From the IMG/VR virus record IMGVR_UViG_3300032069_000010, positions 749-64,748 of that record: a stretch of DNA of 64,000 nt; one strand, written 5' to 3'. A program made the position numbers and the translations under genes. The notes below the pieces were generated by a model. That model saw only the letters and a program-made list of their open reading frames with translations, searched no databases and was not told the DNA's origin. This document shows, piece after piece, positions 50,515 to 58,901 of the stretch. The stretch's first letter is position 1; the number at the start of each line of letters is the position of its first letter. This DNA comes from a virus. Its lineage: Duplodnaviria; Caudoviricetes.

Positions 50515-51213
50515 TTAGACAATAAACAACCCACCCTTAATCTCTTCCGCCCACTCCTTTACAAGGAACTTCACTTGCTTCTCAAGTTCTGTGGCAACGC
50601 CAAGTTTTACTTCATCTCCCTCGAGACGCCACTCAATCTCAAAATGTCGGCCAGGAATTTCACGATCGTCTGAGGAAACAAAAACCTTTTTGGGAAATGT
50701 TGACACGATTTCAGGGTACTTTCCATAAAGCTGGCTATCAACCAGAGCCTTACGAATCTTATCTCTCAGATCTTCGAAGCTACCTTTCATGTTATAAAGG
50801 CTACCGTTTGACGCAGCTACTACTTTTTGCTCCGCAATACCCATTTTTTTCCTCCTTTTTACCATCACTGACCCCCAACATTTTTCAGTCACTCTTGGGG
50901 CAATGTTGGCAATCATCGTAGTCTCCTTCACTTCTTTTTTTTCAGCCTTCCCAGGCTCAAACGAAATCGGCTTAATCTTATGCTTTTTGAGCCATGCCTT
51001 CGCCTGAGCAACCGTGAACTTGTCCATATTGAAACGATACGTCTGCGCAGTCATCGGACCATTTGGTCCATCTTTCTTCAACTTTCCGGTAATCAGATTA
51101 ATCCCTGGCTTAATCTCGATCGTGGCCCACGTTTTGTCACCATCGAGAAAATCATCCGGATCCTTCACCCTGCCGCTATGCCAATTTGTTAGAGGCATTT
51201 TTCTCACCCCCAA
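50515..51213 (-). CDS. head-associated protein
   Basis: N-terminal NWHSGRVKDPDDF..QTYRF..FTVAQAKAWLKKH domain of a type seen in phage head modules. Confidence 0.6.
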   Translation of the reverse strand: MGVRKMPLTNWHSGRVKDPDDFLDGDKTWATIEIKPGINLITGKLKKDGPNGPMTAQTYRFNMDKFTVAQAKAWLKKHKIKPISFEPGKAEKKEVKETTMIANIAPRVTEKCWGSVMVKRRKKMGIAEQKVVAASNGSLYNMKGSFEDLRDKIRKALVDSQLYGKYPEIVSTFPKKVFVSSDDREIPGRHFEIEWRLEGDEVKLGVATELEKQVKFLVKEWAEEIKGGLFIV

Positions 51214-51457
51214 AATTGAATATTGCTTTTACTTCTAAAGGTTCAGACCAAAGCTCAAACTTCATCTTTCCAACAATCCCGTCATAAACCGGCATAGAGA
51301 TATTGCCTTGCACTCCGCCCTCTACAAGCTTCCGAATCGCGACTAACGTCTCATCCAGAATCTGTTTCTTCTCTTCCGGCGTCTTATGCTCTTTCCTGAA
51401 GCCCATCTTGCCCTCCACGCTATCGATAAATTTTACTAACGATCTTCCGCCCGACAA
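51176..51457 (-). CDS. hypothetical protein (probable start MGFRKE)
   Basis: GGAGG upstream of internal ATG. Confidence 0.55.
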   Translation of the reverse strand: MSGGRSLVKFIDSVEGKMGFRKEHKTPEEKKQILDETLVAIRKLVEGGVQGNISMPVYDGIVGKMKFELWSEPLEVKAIFNFGGEKNASNKLA

Positions 51458-51752
51458 AAATATTAGCCAACCTCTTCAATATCTTTACTGGATTACCAGA
51501 CGTGGCAACCTCAACATTTCGCATAGTCCGAGCGGCTCTCCACAGCTTTCCGCTAAGTTTAGGAATTCGTATGCTACCCCCCTGGCCCTTCAGCAACGCC
51601 CTCGCAATCGATCTACCTTTGGTAGGAAGGCTCCCACCTTTTCTTCCGGGGCGGCCCTTATGTCCCCAATTACCCGAGCCAGCCCCGCCCTCAAATAGAC
51701 TCGCAAGAATGTCAGCGGAAATATCTTTCACGATTGCGTAATTTTCAGACAT
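51420..51752 (-). CDS. GGxGSGNWGH-leader cassette with short highly basic cargo
   Basis: MSENYAIVKDISADILASLFE|GGAGSGNWGHKGRPGRKGGS followed by R/K-rich helices. Confidence 0.75.
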   Translation of the reverse strand: MSENYAIVKDISADILASLFEGGAGSGNWGHKGRPGRKGGSLPTKGRSIARALLKGQGGSIRIPKLSGKLWRAARTMRNVEVATSGNPVKILKRLANIFVGRKIVSKIYR

Positions 51753-51762
51753 AAAAATACCC

Positions 51763-52032
51763 CTACACGGTCGTCACGTCAGATGCCCGTAAATAAGGAT
51801 TTCCGTAACGGAATTTCAGCATCGATAAAAATTTTTCGCCATCCTTTGGAAAATACTTTTTTACTTTCCGTTGCGTGTAATCCTTGATGCCATATTCGGT
51901 CAGCTCGTCAAGGATCGACTTCGGCGTTTCACCAACCGCAATCATTTTCTTACCATTCCAAACAATCGACCCTACTGCAACGTCGCCGTCCTTCTTAAAA
52001 TCGTATTCGTAGAAAACAACCTTCGCAGCCAT
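51763..52032 (-). CDS. small partner protein downstream of kinase cassette (possible immunity)
   Basis: GGAGG RBS; overlaps the kinase gene 3' end. Confidence 0.6.
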   Translation of the reverse strand: MAAKVVFYEYDFKKDGDVAVGSIVWNGKKMIAVGETPKSILDELTEYGIKDYTQRKVKKYFPKDGEKFLSMLKFRYGNPYLRASDVTTV

Positions 52033-53153
52033 CCCAACCCCTCCACTAAACCTTTCACTTTATCTGGTGTATAGCCATGCTTTTCAGTCCATGGCTTGTG
52101 CCACTCAAATCGTTCCTTCGGAAAATATTTCATGTTTACCAATTCGGCGGCTCTATCAAACGTCTTTTTCGCAAAAGACGGGTTACTCATCATCGAAGCC
52201 AGTCTCTTCTCGAGAGCCGGCCTATTCGAAAGCAATCTCTTGACGGCAGCCTTAACTTCCATCGGAATGGGCCTATCTTCCACCATTGGAATCGTTGACG
52301 ATACGATCTTATCAGACTTCCAGAACGTCAGCGCATTATCGATTGCCCACGTCTTACCGTTCTTGTCAACAACATAATTCCCTGGATGTCTGTCCTGGTT
52401 TCCGATGATAAAATCGAAAGCAGTGATCTTCGCCATATCGAGATACTTAAACTTTCCCCCCGCAGCAATATGCTTTGACCCAATCTCCCCTTCAACAAAG
52501 TGCATCACACTGCCTTTCTCTTTCCCTTTGCCCCTTCCAACATCCACTTCTCTGTAAACAACAGGCGGAACAACACCAAAACCAAGCATCTTGTCGAACT
52601 CGTACGCAGCTACTTCCTTCCGCGCTCGGTTGTCCATCGTCTTAAAAACGCCCTTGCGTCCATCCACATCCATGACAAAGGTTGGCGTGACCCCACCACC
52701 AAGACTTTTTACGTTTGAGATAGCGCCTGTCGTAAGATCCTTCTGCACTTTCATCTGGATCTCAGTCTTAAGCCCTACAGATGAAACCACCTTGCTGGCA
52801 CTCGGTCCAACCTTCGTTGATGCAACTGCGCTGCCAACACTCAATCCAGCCTTCGTCAAAGCCCTCTGATAGCGATCTTCAGGCTGCCCAGGATACTTGC
52901 CCTTAACATACGAAAGCGCTTGAGCGGGATCGGCAATGCCCTTGCTTCTTATCCTAATTGCCATCTCGCGTGAATAAACTCGCTTCTCATTTCCCGCAAC
53001 GTGAGCAGAGATACCGCCGCCTCTTCCGGGCAGCGACCCACCACGCATACCAGGCCGTCCCTTATGACCAAAATGACCGCTACCTGGACCTCCCTCGAAG
53101 AGTCCAGTTATGGTTTCGCTCGCAATGTCTTTAATGACACAATACATATTCAC
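51972..53153 (-). CDS. leader cassette carrying PI3/4-kinase/HipA-like kinase
   Basis: GLFE|GGPGSGHFGHKGRPGMRGGS; LGGGV, GVFK, EVAAY, VPPVV, NQDRHPGN, AIDN. Confidence 0.85.
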   Translation of the reverse strand: MNMYCVIKDIASETITGLFEGGPGSGHFGHKGRPGMRGGSLPGRGGGISAHVAGNEKRVYSREMAIRIRSKGIADPAQALSYVKGKYPGQPEDRYQRALTKAGLSVGSAVASTKVGPSASKVVSSVGLKTEIQMKVQKDLTTGAISNVKSLGGGVTPTFVMDVDGRKGVFKTMDNRARKEVAAYEFDKMLGFGVVPPVVYREVDVGRGKGKEKGSVMHFVEGEIGSKHIAAGGKFKYLDMAKITAFDFIIGNQDRHPGNYVVDKNGKTWAIDNALTFWKSDKIVSSTIPMVEDRPIPMEVKAAVKRLLSNRPALEKRLASMMSNPSFAKKTFDRAAELVNMKYFPKERFEWHKPWTEKHGYTPDKVKGLVEGLGWLRRLFSTNTILRRTATLQ

Positions 53154-53305
53154 TTCTTCTTCCCTGTCTCAGGAATGGAAATGATCTTGCGAAGTCCCGC
53201 AAGGATTCCATCTTCGTTATCCAGCAACTCCTTATGGAACTCAGCAGAATCCTTATCTACAAACTTCTTATCTTTACGCAGCTTTAATAACTTCCCCGGC
53301 TTCAC
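53150..53305 (-). CDS. 51-aa peptide downstream of GNAT (not in ORF track)
   Basis: GTG start: MKPGKLLKLRKDKKFVDKDSAEFHKELLDNEDGILAGLRK..; homologous to the N-terminus of 54581-55339. Confidence 0.7.
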   Translation of the reverse strand: MKPGKLLKLRKDKKFVDKDSAEFHKELLDNEDGILAGLRKIISIPETGKKK

Positions 53306-54343
53306 TTACCTTCCTCCTCGCCATAAAATTCTGAAACGCCATGAGGCTCTTCGACCCAGGCGTCAAATTAAACACGGCATTATACGAACCATAATGGTTT
53401 ATCAGATAATCCTTCCCGAGCTTATTACCATTATGCTCAAAAGCCGCAATCTCCCACGAATGCTTGAACGTCATATCACCAGGATCAACGCCCTTTCCTT
53501 TAAGAAAATCCTTGAATAGAATGTCTGCATCGGCCCGATAACCTCTAAAATCAAACCCCATAATCGCCCAGGCATATCTCCCGATTCCTGCTCCACCATT
53601 CGCAAGGAGACCAATCTTCTCAACGCCAGCCGCCTGTGCATGTTTTAAAACAGCATTAATAATATTCCCGCCTAACCCTGTTCCTTGAAAGTTCTTATCC
53701 ATAAAGAACCCATCAATATACCCGCTCTTCGAACGTGCTCCAAACTAAAACTAACGCTACCAACCCTCTTCCCTTCTTTCTGAAATCCAACGCTAAATTG
53801 ACCAGCGTTAGCGGAAACGTTAGCGTTCAAACCATGCCCCTGAGCAACAGATTGGATTGTCTCACTCAATCTGTTCCATACTTCCCCAACCTCACTGCCC
53901 GTTCTTGGTGCGGTCGTCAGAGCAGTGATCGGCTTCGAAAATCCTTGAGTCGCCACTGCATACCGCGGTTGTGTCCTTGAAATGGTCAATGCTTGCATGG
54001 GCTTTACCGATACGACAGACAATATCTTGTCATAGCTAAACCCCGCCTTCCTTAACGCTCTTCCATATCTGTCCTCTGTCTGCCCCGGGAACCTCATTCT
54101 TAATCTATTTGTAGCAGACCTAATTTCCGTATAACGTCCTCTTTGCATCCTTGTGCTTAAATATCTTCCCATCTGAGAAGATGTGACCCGCCGTTGGCTT
54201 ACACCATGGGCGCTTACCGTTCCACCCAGCGAACCGCCCCTATGCCCAGGTCGGCCTTTATGCCCCCAATGGCCAGAACCGGGGCCACCTTCAAGAATCT
54301 CAGACGCCAAATCTTTGATTAACGCATACTCAGCCAACAACAT
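53274..54343 (-). pseudogene. leader cassette carrying GNAT acetyltransferase, split by a frameshift near 53725-53745
   Basis: ILE|GGPGSGHWGHKGRPGHRGGS in 53672-54343; YIDGFFMDKNFQGTGLG..GRYAWAIMGF continues in the -1 frame and aligns with the GNAT of 55332-58901. Confidence 0.75.
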
Positions 54344-54584
54344 CTAACCCCATTTCCTCAAGCGTATCGATTACTGCATCAGGATAACCAGGCTCGCCAG
54401 GTTTAACCAAAACAAATCCGTCTGCAATAATTCCTTTTATCTTTTTTGCAACTCTTTTCTTTAACTCTTTTCCGATAAGACCATTGATTTTCGGCAATTC
54501 CGAATCAATTTTCACCGCATCACCATCAACAACTAACGTGACCACCTTAATCCCACTGCTGTCAACTCCATATAGCATTTTCAT
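54330..54584 (-). CDS. small partner protein downstream of peptidase cassette (possible immunity)
   Basis: ATGA-coupled to the upstream gene; 84 aa. Confidence 0.6.
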   Translation of the reverse strand: MKMLYGVDSSGIKVVTLVVDGDAVKIDSELPKINGLIGKELKKRVAKKIKGIIADGFVLVKPGEPGYPDAVIDTLEEMGLDVVG

Positions 54585-55339
54585 TTTTCAAAAAACTCCT
54601 TCATAACTGCGGCAACACCGGGGGCCTTACTTTTAAGAAAATTTCCGACCAACACATGATGCGCATACGCCTCTGCAAACCCTTCTTCCATATCTGTCTT
54701 ACCATAATTTGAAACGCTTCCTGTGCTTGCATTCGAATCCCACACTTTTTTCTTCCACATCCCAGCGCCACGAATTGAATGAGCAAATTCGTGGAGAATC
54801 GTTGCCTGGCTACTTCTGGGAGACAAAACCATTTCGCCGCTATTGTGATCATAGAACGCATCACACTCAAAACCTTTCTGGCTCTTATCACCAGACCTCA
54901 AAAAATAAAGCTTATTAACTTCTTTTTGGCTATTCATAACCGTTATCGCCTTGATACCGCTTTTTTTAAAATGCTTATCTGGCACCAAACTTAAAGCTTT
55001 ATAAAGGTTACTCTTCTCGCTCATGGAGGCGCTAACCATAACCTTTCTTCTAACCGCCCAATCACCAACTCCATGGGGGGCCACCCTGCCAACTGGTAGG
55101 CTACCACCCCTATGACCAGGCCGTCCCTTGTGACCAAAATTACCAGAGCCGGGACCGCCTTCAAAAAACAACTCCCCTCTAACTTTCTCCAACACCTCAC
55201 TGACAATTCTTCGCTTTTCTTTGAATCGCTTCGGCAGTTGATCCAACCCATCCAAGATTGCATCCTCAATATCAAGCAACTCACGGTGAAACTCCGCTGA
55301 ATCCTTATCCCAAAATTTAGCCGCTTGATTTTTACCCAT
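54581..55339 (-). CDS. leader cassette carrying HExxH zinc metallopeptidase (lethal-factor/MPTase-like)
   Basis: Start MGKNQ; LFFE|GGPGSGNFGHKGRPGHRGGS; ILHEFAH..SVSNYG..EEGFAEAY. Confidence 0.82.
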   Translation of the reverse strand: MGKNQAAKFWDKDSAEFHRELLDIEDAILDGLDQLPKRFKEKRRIVSEVLEKVRGELFFEGGPGSGNFGHKGRPGHRGGSLPVGRVAPHGVGDWAVRRKVMVSASMSEKSNLYKALSLVPDKHFKKSGIKAITVMNSQKEVNKLYFLRSGDKSQKGFECDAFYDHNSGEMVLSPRSSQATILHEFAHSIRGAGMWKKKVWDSNASTGSVSNYGKTDMEEGFAEAYAHHVLVGNFLKSKAPGVAAVMKEFFEK

Positions 55340-58300
55340 TAGCAACCTTCCGTTTAGATATAAAATTCTTGAAGACCTCTGATCCAAGAGAGCCTTTTGA
55401 AACATTGAGGTCGGCAAGATAGGACCATACATTCTTCGAATCCAGGAAAAACTCCTTCCCCAATTTCCGTCCATCAGAAGACCGATAGGAAGCAACATCC
55501 CACGAATGCGGGAAACTCTTTTCGCCCAAAGAGATTCCCTTCTTCTCGGCCCATTTCTTAAATCTACTTTCAATTGATTTACCTTCAAGCAGGTCACGAT
55601 AATCAAACCCCATTACGGCCCATGCGTAACGTCCAACTCCATCAAGCCCGCCATTCGCCAAAAGGAATACCTTTGCCACTTTTGAAGAACGCGCATAGTT
55701 AACGATTTGTTCAACCACATCACCACCAAGTCCAGTATTCTGAAAAGCCTTATCCATAAAAAAGCTATCCAAATATACATCATCAAACTCAGGTCTTAAT
55801 TTAAAATGCAACCTTCCGACTTGCTTTCCACTATTGTAAAACTTTACCATCGCGTTATTCCCCTTGGGAAAAGAGCCGCCAAACTTAATTTCGAAACCAT
55901 GTTTTTCGCTAATCTCTTTGATCTTTCCTGCAATATCTGTATTTTCTTTGGAAACATCGGCAGTCCTCAATTTATTTCCACTTTTTGCCTTCGGCAATCC
56001 AAGTTCGGGGCCAACTTTCGGACTTGCCGCAATGCCAGCGCCACCCATTCCAGCTTTCGTTATCGCCCTACCATACCGATCCTCGGGCTGTCCGGGATAC
56101 TTCCGCTTCAAATATGTCATAGCCTCGCCAGAATTGGTAATGCCCTTTTGTCTTAGGCGACCCGCCATACGACTCGAAGAAACACTTGGAACCTCATGTG
56201 CGGAAACTCCACCCTTGCCGCCACCGGGTAGACTGCCACCGCGATGTCCAGGGCGACCTGCGTGCCCCCAATTGCCACTACCTGGACCGCCTTCAAGTAT
56301 GGCATGGATTGATTCACCCGCAATAACATTTATTAACTTGCCGAAAGACTCATGCATACGTAGCTTCTTCTTCGTCTTGGCTATTCTCATCCAGTAAATA
56401 TCGTCGGCATTGCGATCTATCACGACCAAATCCATTTTCCTGGCCTTCGCCTCTTCGACGTTCTTCTTAGACTCTTTTCCAAGTCCTGCAAACCTTTTAA
56501 CTATACTTACCTCTCTTGGCTTGGGAGAAATGACCACAAACTCCTTTTGATTCTGAAACGGAAACATGGTATGATGTACAAGAATATCATCTCGTTTCAC
56601 TCTGCCCTCTAAAACAGCAGCTTGGCCAAGACTAAACGTTCCAAATTCGTCTGCGACCTTTCGTTCTGTGGTCCACGATGACAGTGGATTTGACGCCACC
56701 AAAGCCTTCACTCCGGCCGCTTTGCTCGTAAGTTCTTCGACACCAGTCCCGCGATAAAGCGTCAAGTCATTCGACCCAGGATACACCACATCCATCACCT
56801 GTCTATTAACCGCTTTAAGAGTACGAATATAGGTCATCGCCAGTGCTTCGTTGCCTGTTATGCGCTCACTAAACAGGGCGTGGGCGCTCCGGAGTACTTC
56901 TTCTTTTGGATAATACATCTTGCCACCATAAATCTTCCGCGCATGATCAGCAAGGGCAAGACCTATCTCTGGGGTCTTTCCGCTGGTCCATTCCTTACGG
57001 AAATACATATGAACGGTTCCCATATCCGAGGCCCTAAAGGCATGGTCCATCAACTCGGCAAAATCCTGATCGTCCTTTCCTTTAGAACCAACCTTTTTTA
57101 TTTCCGCCTTCATTTCATCGCTCAGTTCCGGTAAAGACGATCTTTTTCCATCCACAAAATCCTGAACGCCTACAAGATAATCCTTCCCAAACATATTAAC
57201 AGCACGAAGTCTTTCAGCAGCTCCCTCGCCCTTAGTCTTACGTAGCAAGCCCTCGTCTACGGTCTTGTATATAATGTTTCTTCTCAGAAACTCCGCTTGC
57301 CCTGGTTCGTGTTTTCCTACCGCGTCCCAAACTAAATGCACCTGATCATTCCGCGAAGCCCACAATGCTTCTGACGAAACATTATCATCCAGATCCGCCA
57401 CCATGAATATCGCATCAGACGACGATAGCTTCTTGAGTTCACGCATCCTTTCTGATGAGCTTTTCAACGCCATGATTTCGCTTACATGCTTCGGGACTGG
57501 ACCAAGCCCTTCCGCAGTCGTCGTGCTTGTCTCAACAGATTTTCCTCCCAACGATTTACCAGCAGCAGAGGGAGATACCGGTCCTTTAACATTCCTAACC
57601 TTGGATGCAGTTTGTGATGCAACTTTCGGACTTGCCGCAATGCCAGCGCCACCCATTCCAGCTTTCGTTATCGCCCTACCATACCGATCCTCGGGCTGTC
57701 CGGGATACTTTCGCTTCAAATATGTCATAGCCTCGCCAGAATTGGTAATGCCCTTTTGTTTTAGGCGACCCGCCATACGACTCGAAGAAACACTTGGAAC
57801 CTCATGTGCGGAAACTCCACTTTTGCCACCTCCAGGCAGACTGCCACCACGATGTCCTGGGCGACCTTTGTGGCCCCAGTTACCAGAACCGGCGCCGCCT
57901 TCGAGAAGCAATTCTTTCTTAACCTCATCGACGATCGACTCAACAAATTTCACCTTCTGCATCTGACCGCCCGGCACATAATAAATCTTGTGCTTCTCCA
58001 TGAAGTCAATCATGTCGGCGTTCAGGTCGCGACGCATCCTTATAAATTCTTTCTTCTGATCACCACTTGTGGCGCTGATCATTCCTCTAAGTCGATCAAT
58101 CTCGGATGACATTTGACCAAGCTTGTCACGTTCATTGTCAGACGGTAGGCGATAACCTTGAGGCGGGACAACCAGCTTCGGACCTTTAATGACGTACATC
58201 TCTGGCGCTGGCTTTTCTTCAGCATAGGCAAACTCTAAAAAACACCTACAATTCGAAAGGCACTCGGTTGTGCCATCCTTCGGAACGAATGGCAAATTCT

Positions 58301-58901
58301 TCTTAGTATAAGGACTTCCAGCGGCAGCACGAATACAAGAATCACAATGTTTTGCATCTCGGAGATGCCATACTATACGCACATAATCAGGGGAACCTTC
58401 CACCTGTCCGTGAAAATAAACCCCATCCAGCGTCTCAATATACATCGAGAGCCGATCTTCAAGCTCCATGACAAACTCGTTATTCTTAATGTCATCAACG
58501 AACTTACCGAGATAACCAAACTCTTCGGCCTCGGCGCCTTTCAACCACGTCTTATCCTGTTCCCAAATCCCGAACGGATTCCCAACAGACCTTACTCCCA
58601 ATCCGTAAGCCTTCTCCCATGCGCCCTTGATTTCGGAGCGCCACATCTCTTCCATCACCTCATTAGTGATTTCTCCTCTTTGATAAGAACCAAGGATTCC
58701 AAACAGGGCATCCTTAAACTCTTCCTTTAGGCTACCGTAATCGGAGACAGCCTGTGCAATCATCTTCTTGTCCAGATTCGCACGCAGACTTCCTATCAAC
58801 CTAACAAGCGTGGACATGAGAATCGCCTTCTCGTTGGCAAACGTTCTCCGGCCACCAAATGATTTGCCTTCTGTCAAGTTGCAAGCTAATTGCAAACTCA
58901 T
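55332..58901 (-). CDS. MuF/minor-head-like polyprotein with two leader modules, ADP-ribosyltransferase and GNAT domains
   Basis: HCDSC..CLSNCRC (MuF-like); LYRG..SSWTT..QKEFVV (R-S-E ART); MDKAFQNTGLG..GRYAWAVMGF (GNAT). Confidence 0.85.
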   Translation of the reverse strand: MSLQLACNLTEGKSFGGRRTFANEKAILMSTLVRLIGSLRANLDKKMIAQAVSDYGSLKEEFKDALFGILGSYQRGEITNEVMEEMWRSEIKGAWEKAYGLGVRSVGNPFGIWEQDKTWLKGAEAEEFGYLGKFVDDIKNNEFVMELEDRLSMYIETLDGVYFHGQVEGSPDYVRIVWHLRDAKHCDSCIRAAAGSPYTKKNLPFVPKDGTTECLSNCRCFLEFAYAEEKPAPEMYVIKGPKLVVPPQGYRLPSDNERDKLGQMSSEIDRLRGMISATSGDQKKEFIRMRRDLNADMIDFMEKHKIYYVPGGQMQKVKFVESIVDEVKKELLLEGGAGSGNWGHKGRPGHRGGSLPGGGKSGVSAHEVPSVSSSRMAGRLKQKGITNSGEAMTYLKRKYPGQPEDRYGRAITKAGMGGAGIAASPKVASQTASKVRNVKGPVSPSAAGKSLGGKSVETSTTTAEGLGPVPKHVSEIMALKSSSERMRELKKLSSSDAIFMVADLDDNVSSEALWASRNDQVHLVWDAVGKHEPGQAEFLRRNIIYKTVDEGLLRKTKGEGAAERLRAVNMFGKDYLVGVQDFVDGKRSSLPELSDEMKAEIKKVGSKGKDDQDFAELMDHAFRASDMGTVHMYFRKEWTSGKTPEIGLALADHARKIYGGKMYYPKEEVLRSAHALFSERITGNEALAMTYIRTLKAVNRQVMDVVYPGSNDLTLYRGTGVEELTSKAAGVKALVASNPLSSWTTERKVADEFGTFSLGQAAVLEGRVKRDDILVHHTMFPFQNQKEFVVISPKPREVSIVKRFAGLGKESKKNVEEAKARKMDLVVIDRNADDIYWMRIAKTKKKLRMHESFGKLINVIAGESIHAILEGGPGSGNWGHAGRPGHRGGSLPGGGKGGVSAHEVPSVSSSRMAGRLRQKGITNSGEAMTYLKRKYPGQPEDRYGRAITKAGMGGAGIAASPKVGPELGLPKAKSGNKLRTADVSKENTDIAGKIKEISEKHGFEIKFGGSFPKGNNAMVKFYNSGKQVGRLHFKLRPEFDDVYLDSFFMDKAFQNTGLGGDVVEQIVNYARSSKVAKVFLLANGGLDGVGRYAWAVMGFDYRDLLEGKSIESRFKKWAEKKGISLGEKSFPHSWDVASYRSSDGRKLGKEFFLDSKNVWSYLADLNVSKGSLGSEVFKNFISKRKVANG
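56012..56212. repeat. ~201-bp direct repeat, copy 2
   Basis: Nearly identical to 57620-57820 (two mismatches seen). Confidence 0.9.
57620..57820. repeat. ~201-bp direct repeat, copy 1
   Basis: Encodes the helical part of the leader module (..KYPGQPEDRYGRAITKAG..). Confidence 0.9.

Noticed and set aside
55340-55606. N-terminal 89 aa of the 341-aa ORF-track call
   Set aside because: Overlaps the GNAT coding region; MGKNQ at 55339 is the better start.
56012-57820. Diversity-generating retroelement template/variable repeat pair
   Set aside because: Only two mismatches, both copies are coding in one ORF, and there is no intact reverse transcriptase; the nearby RT-related remnant is a group II intron 3' end.
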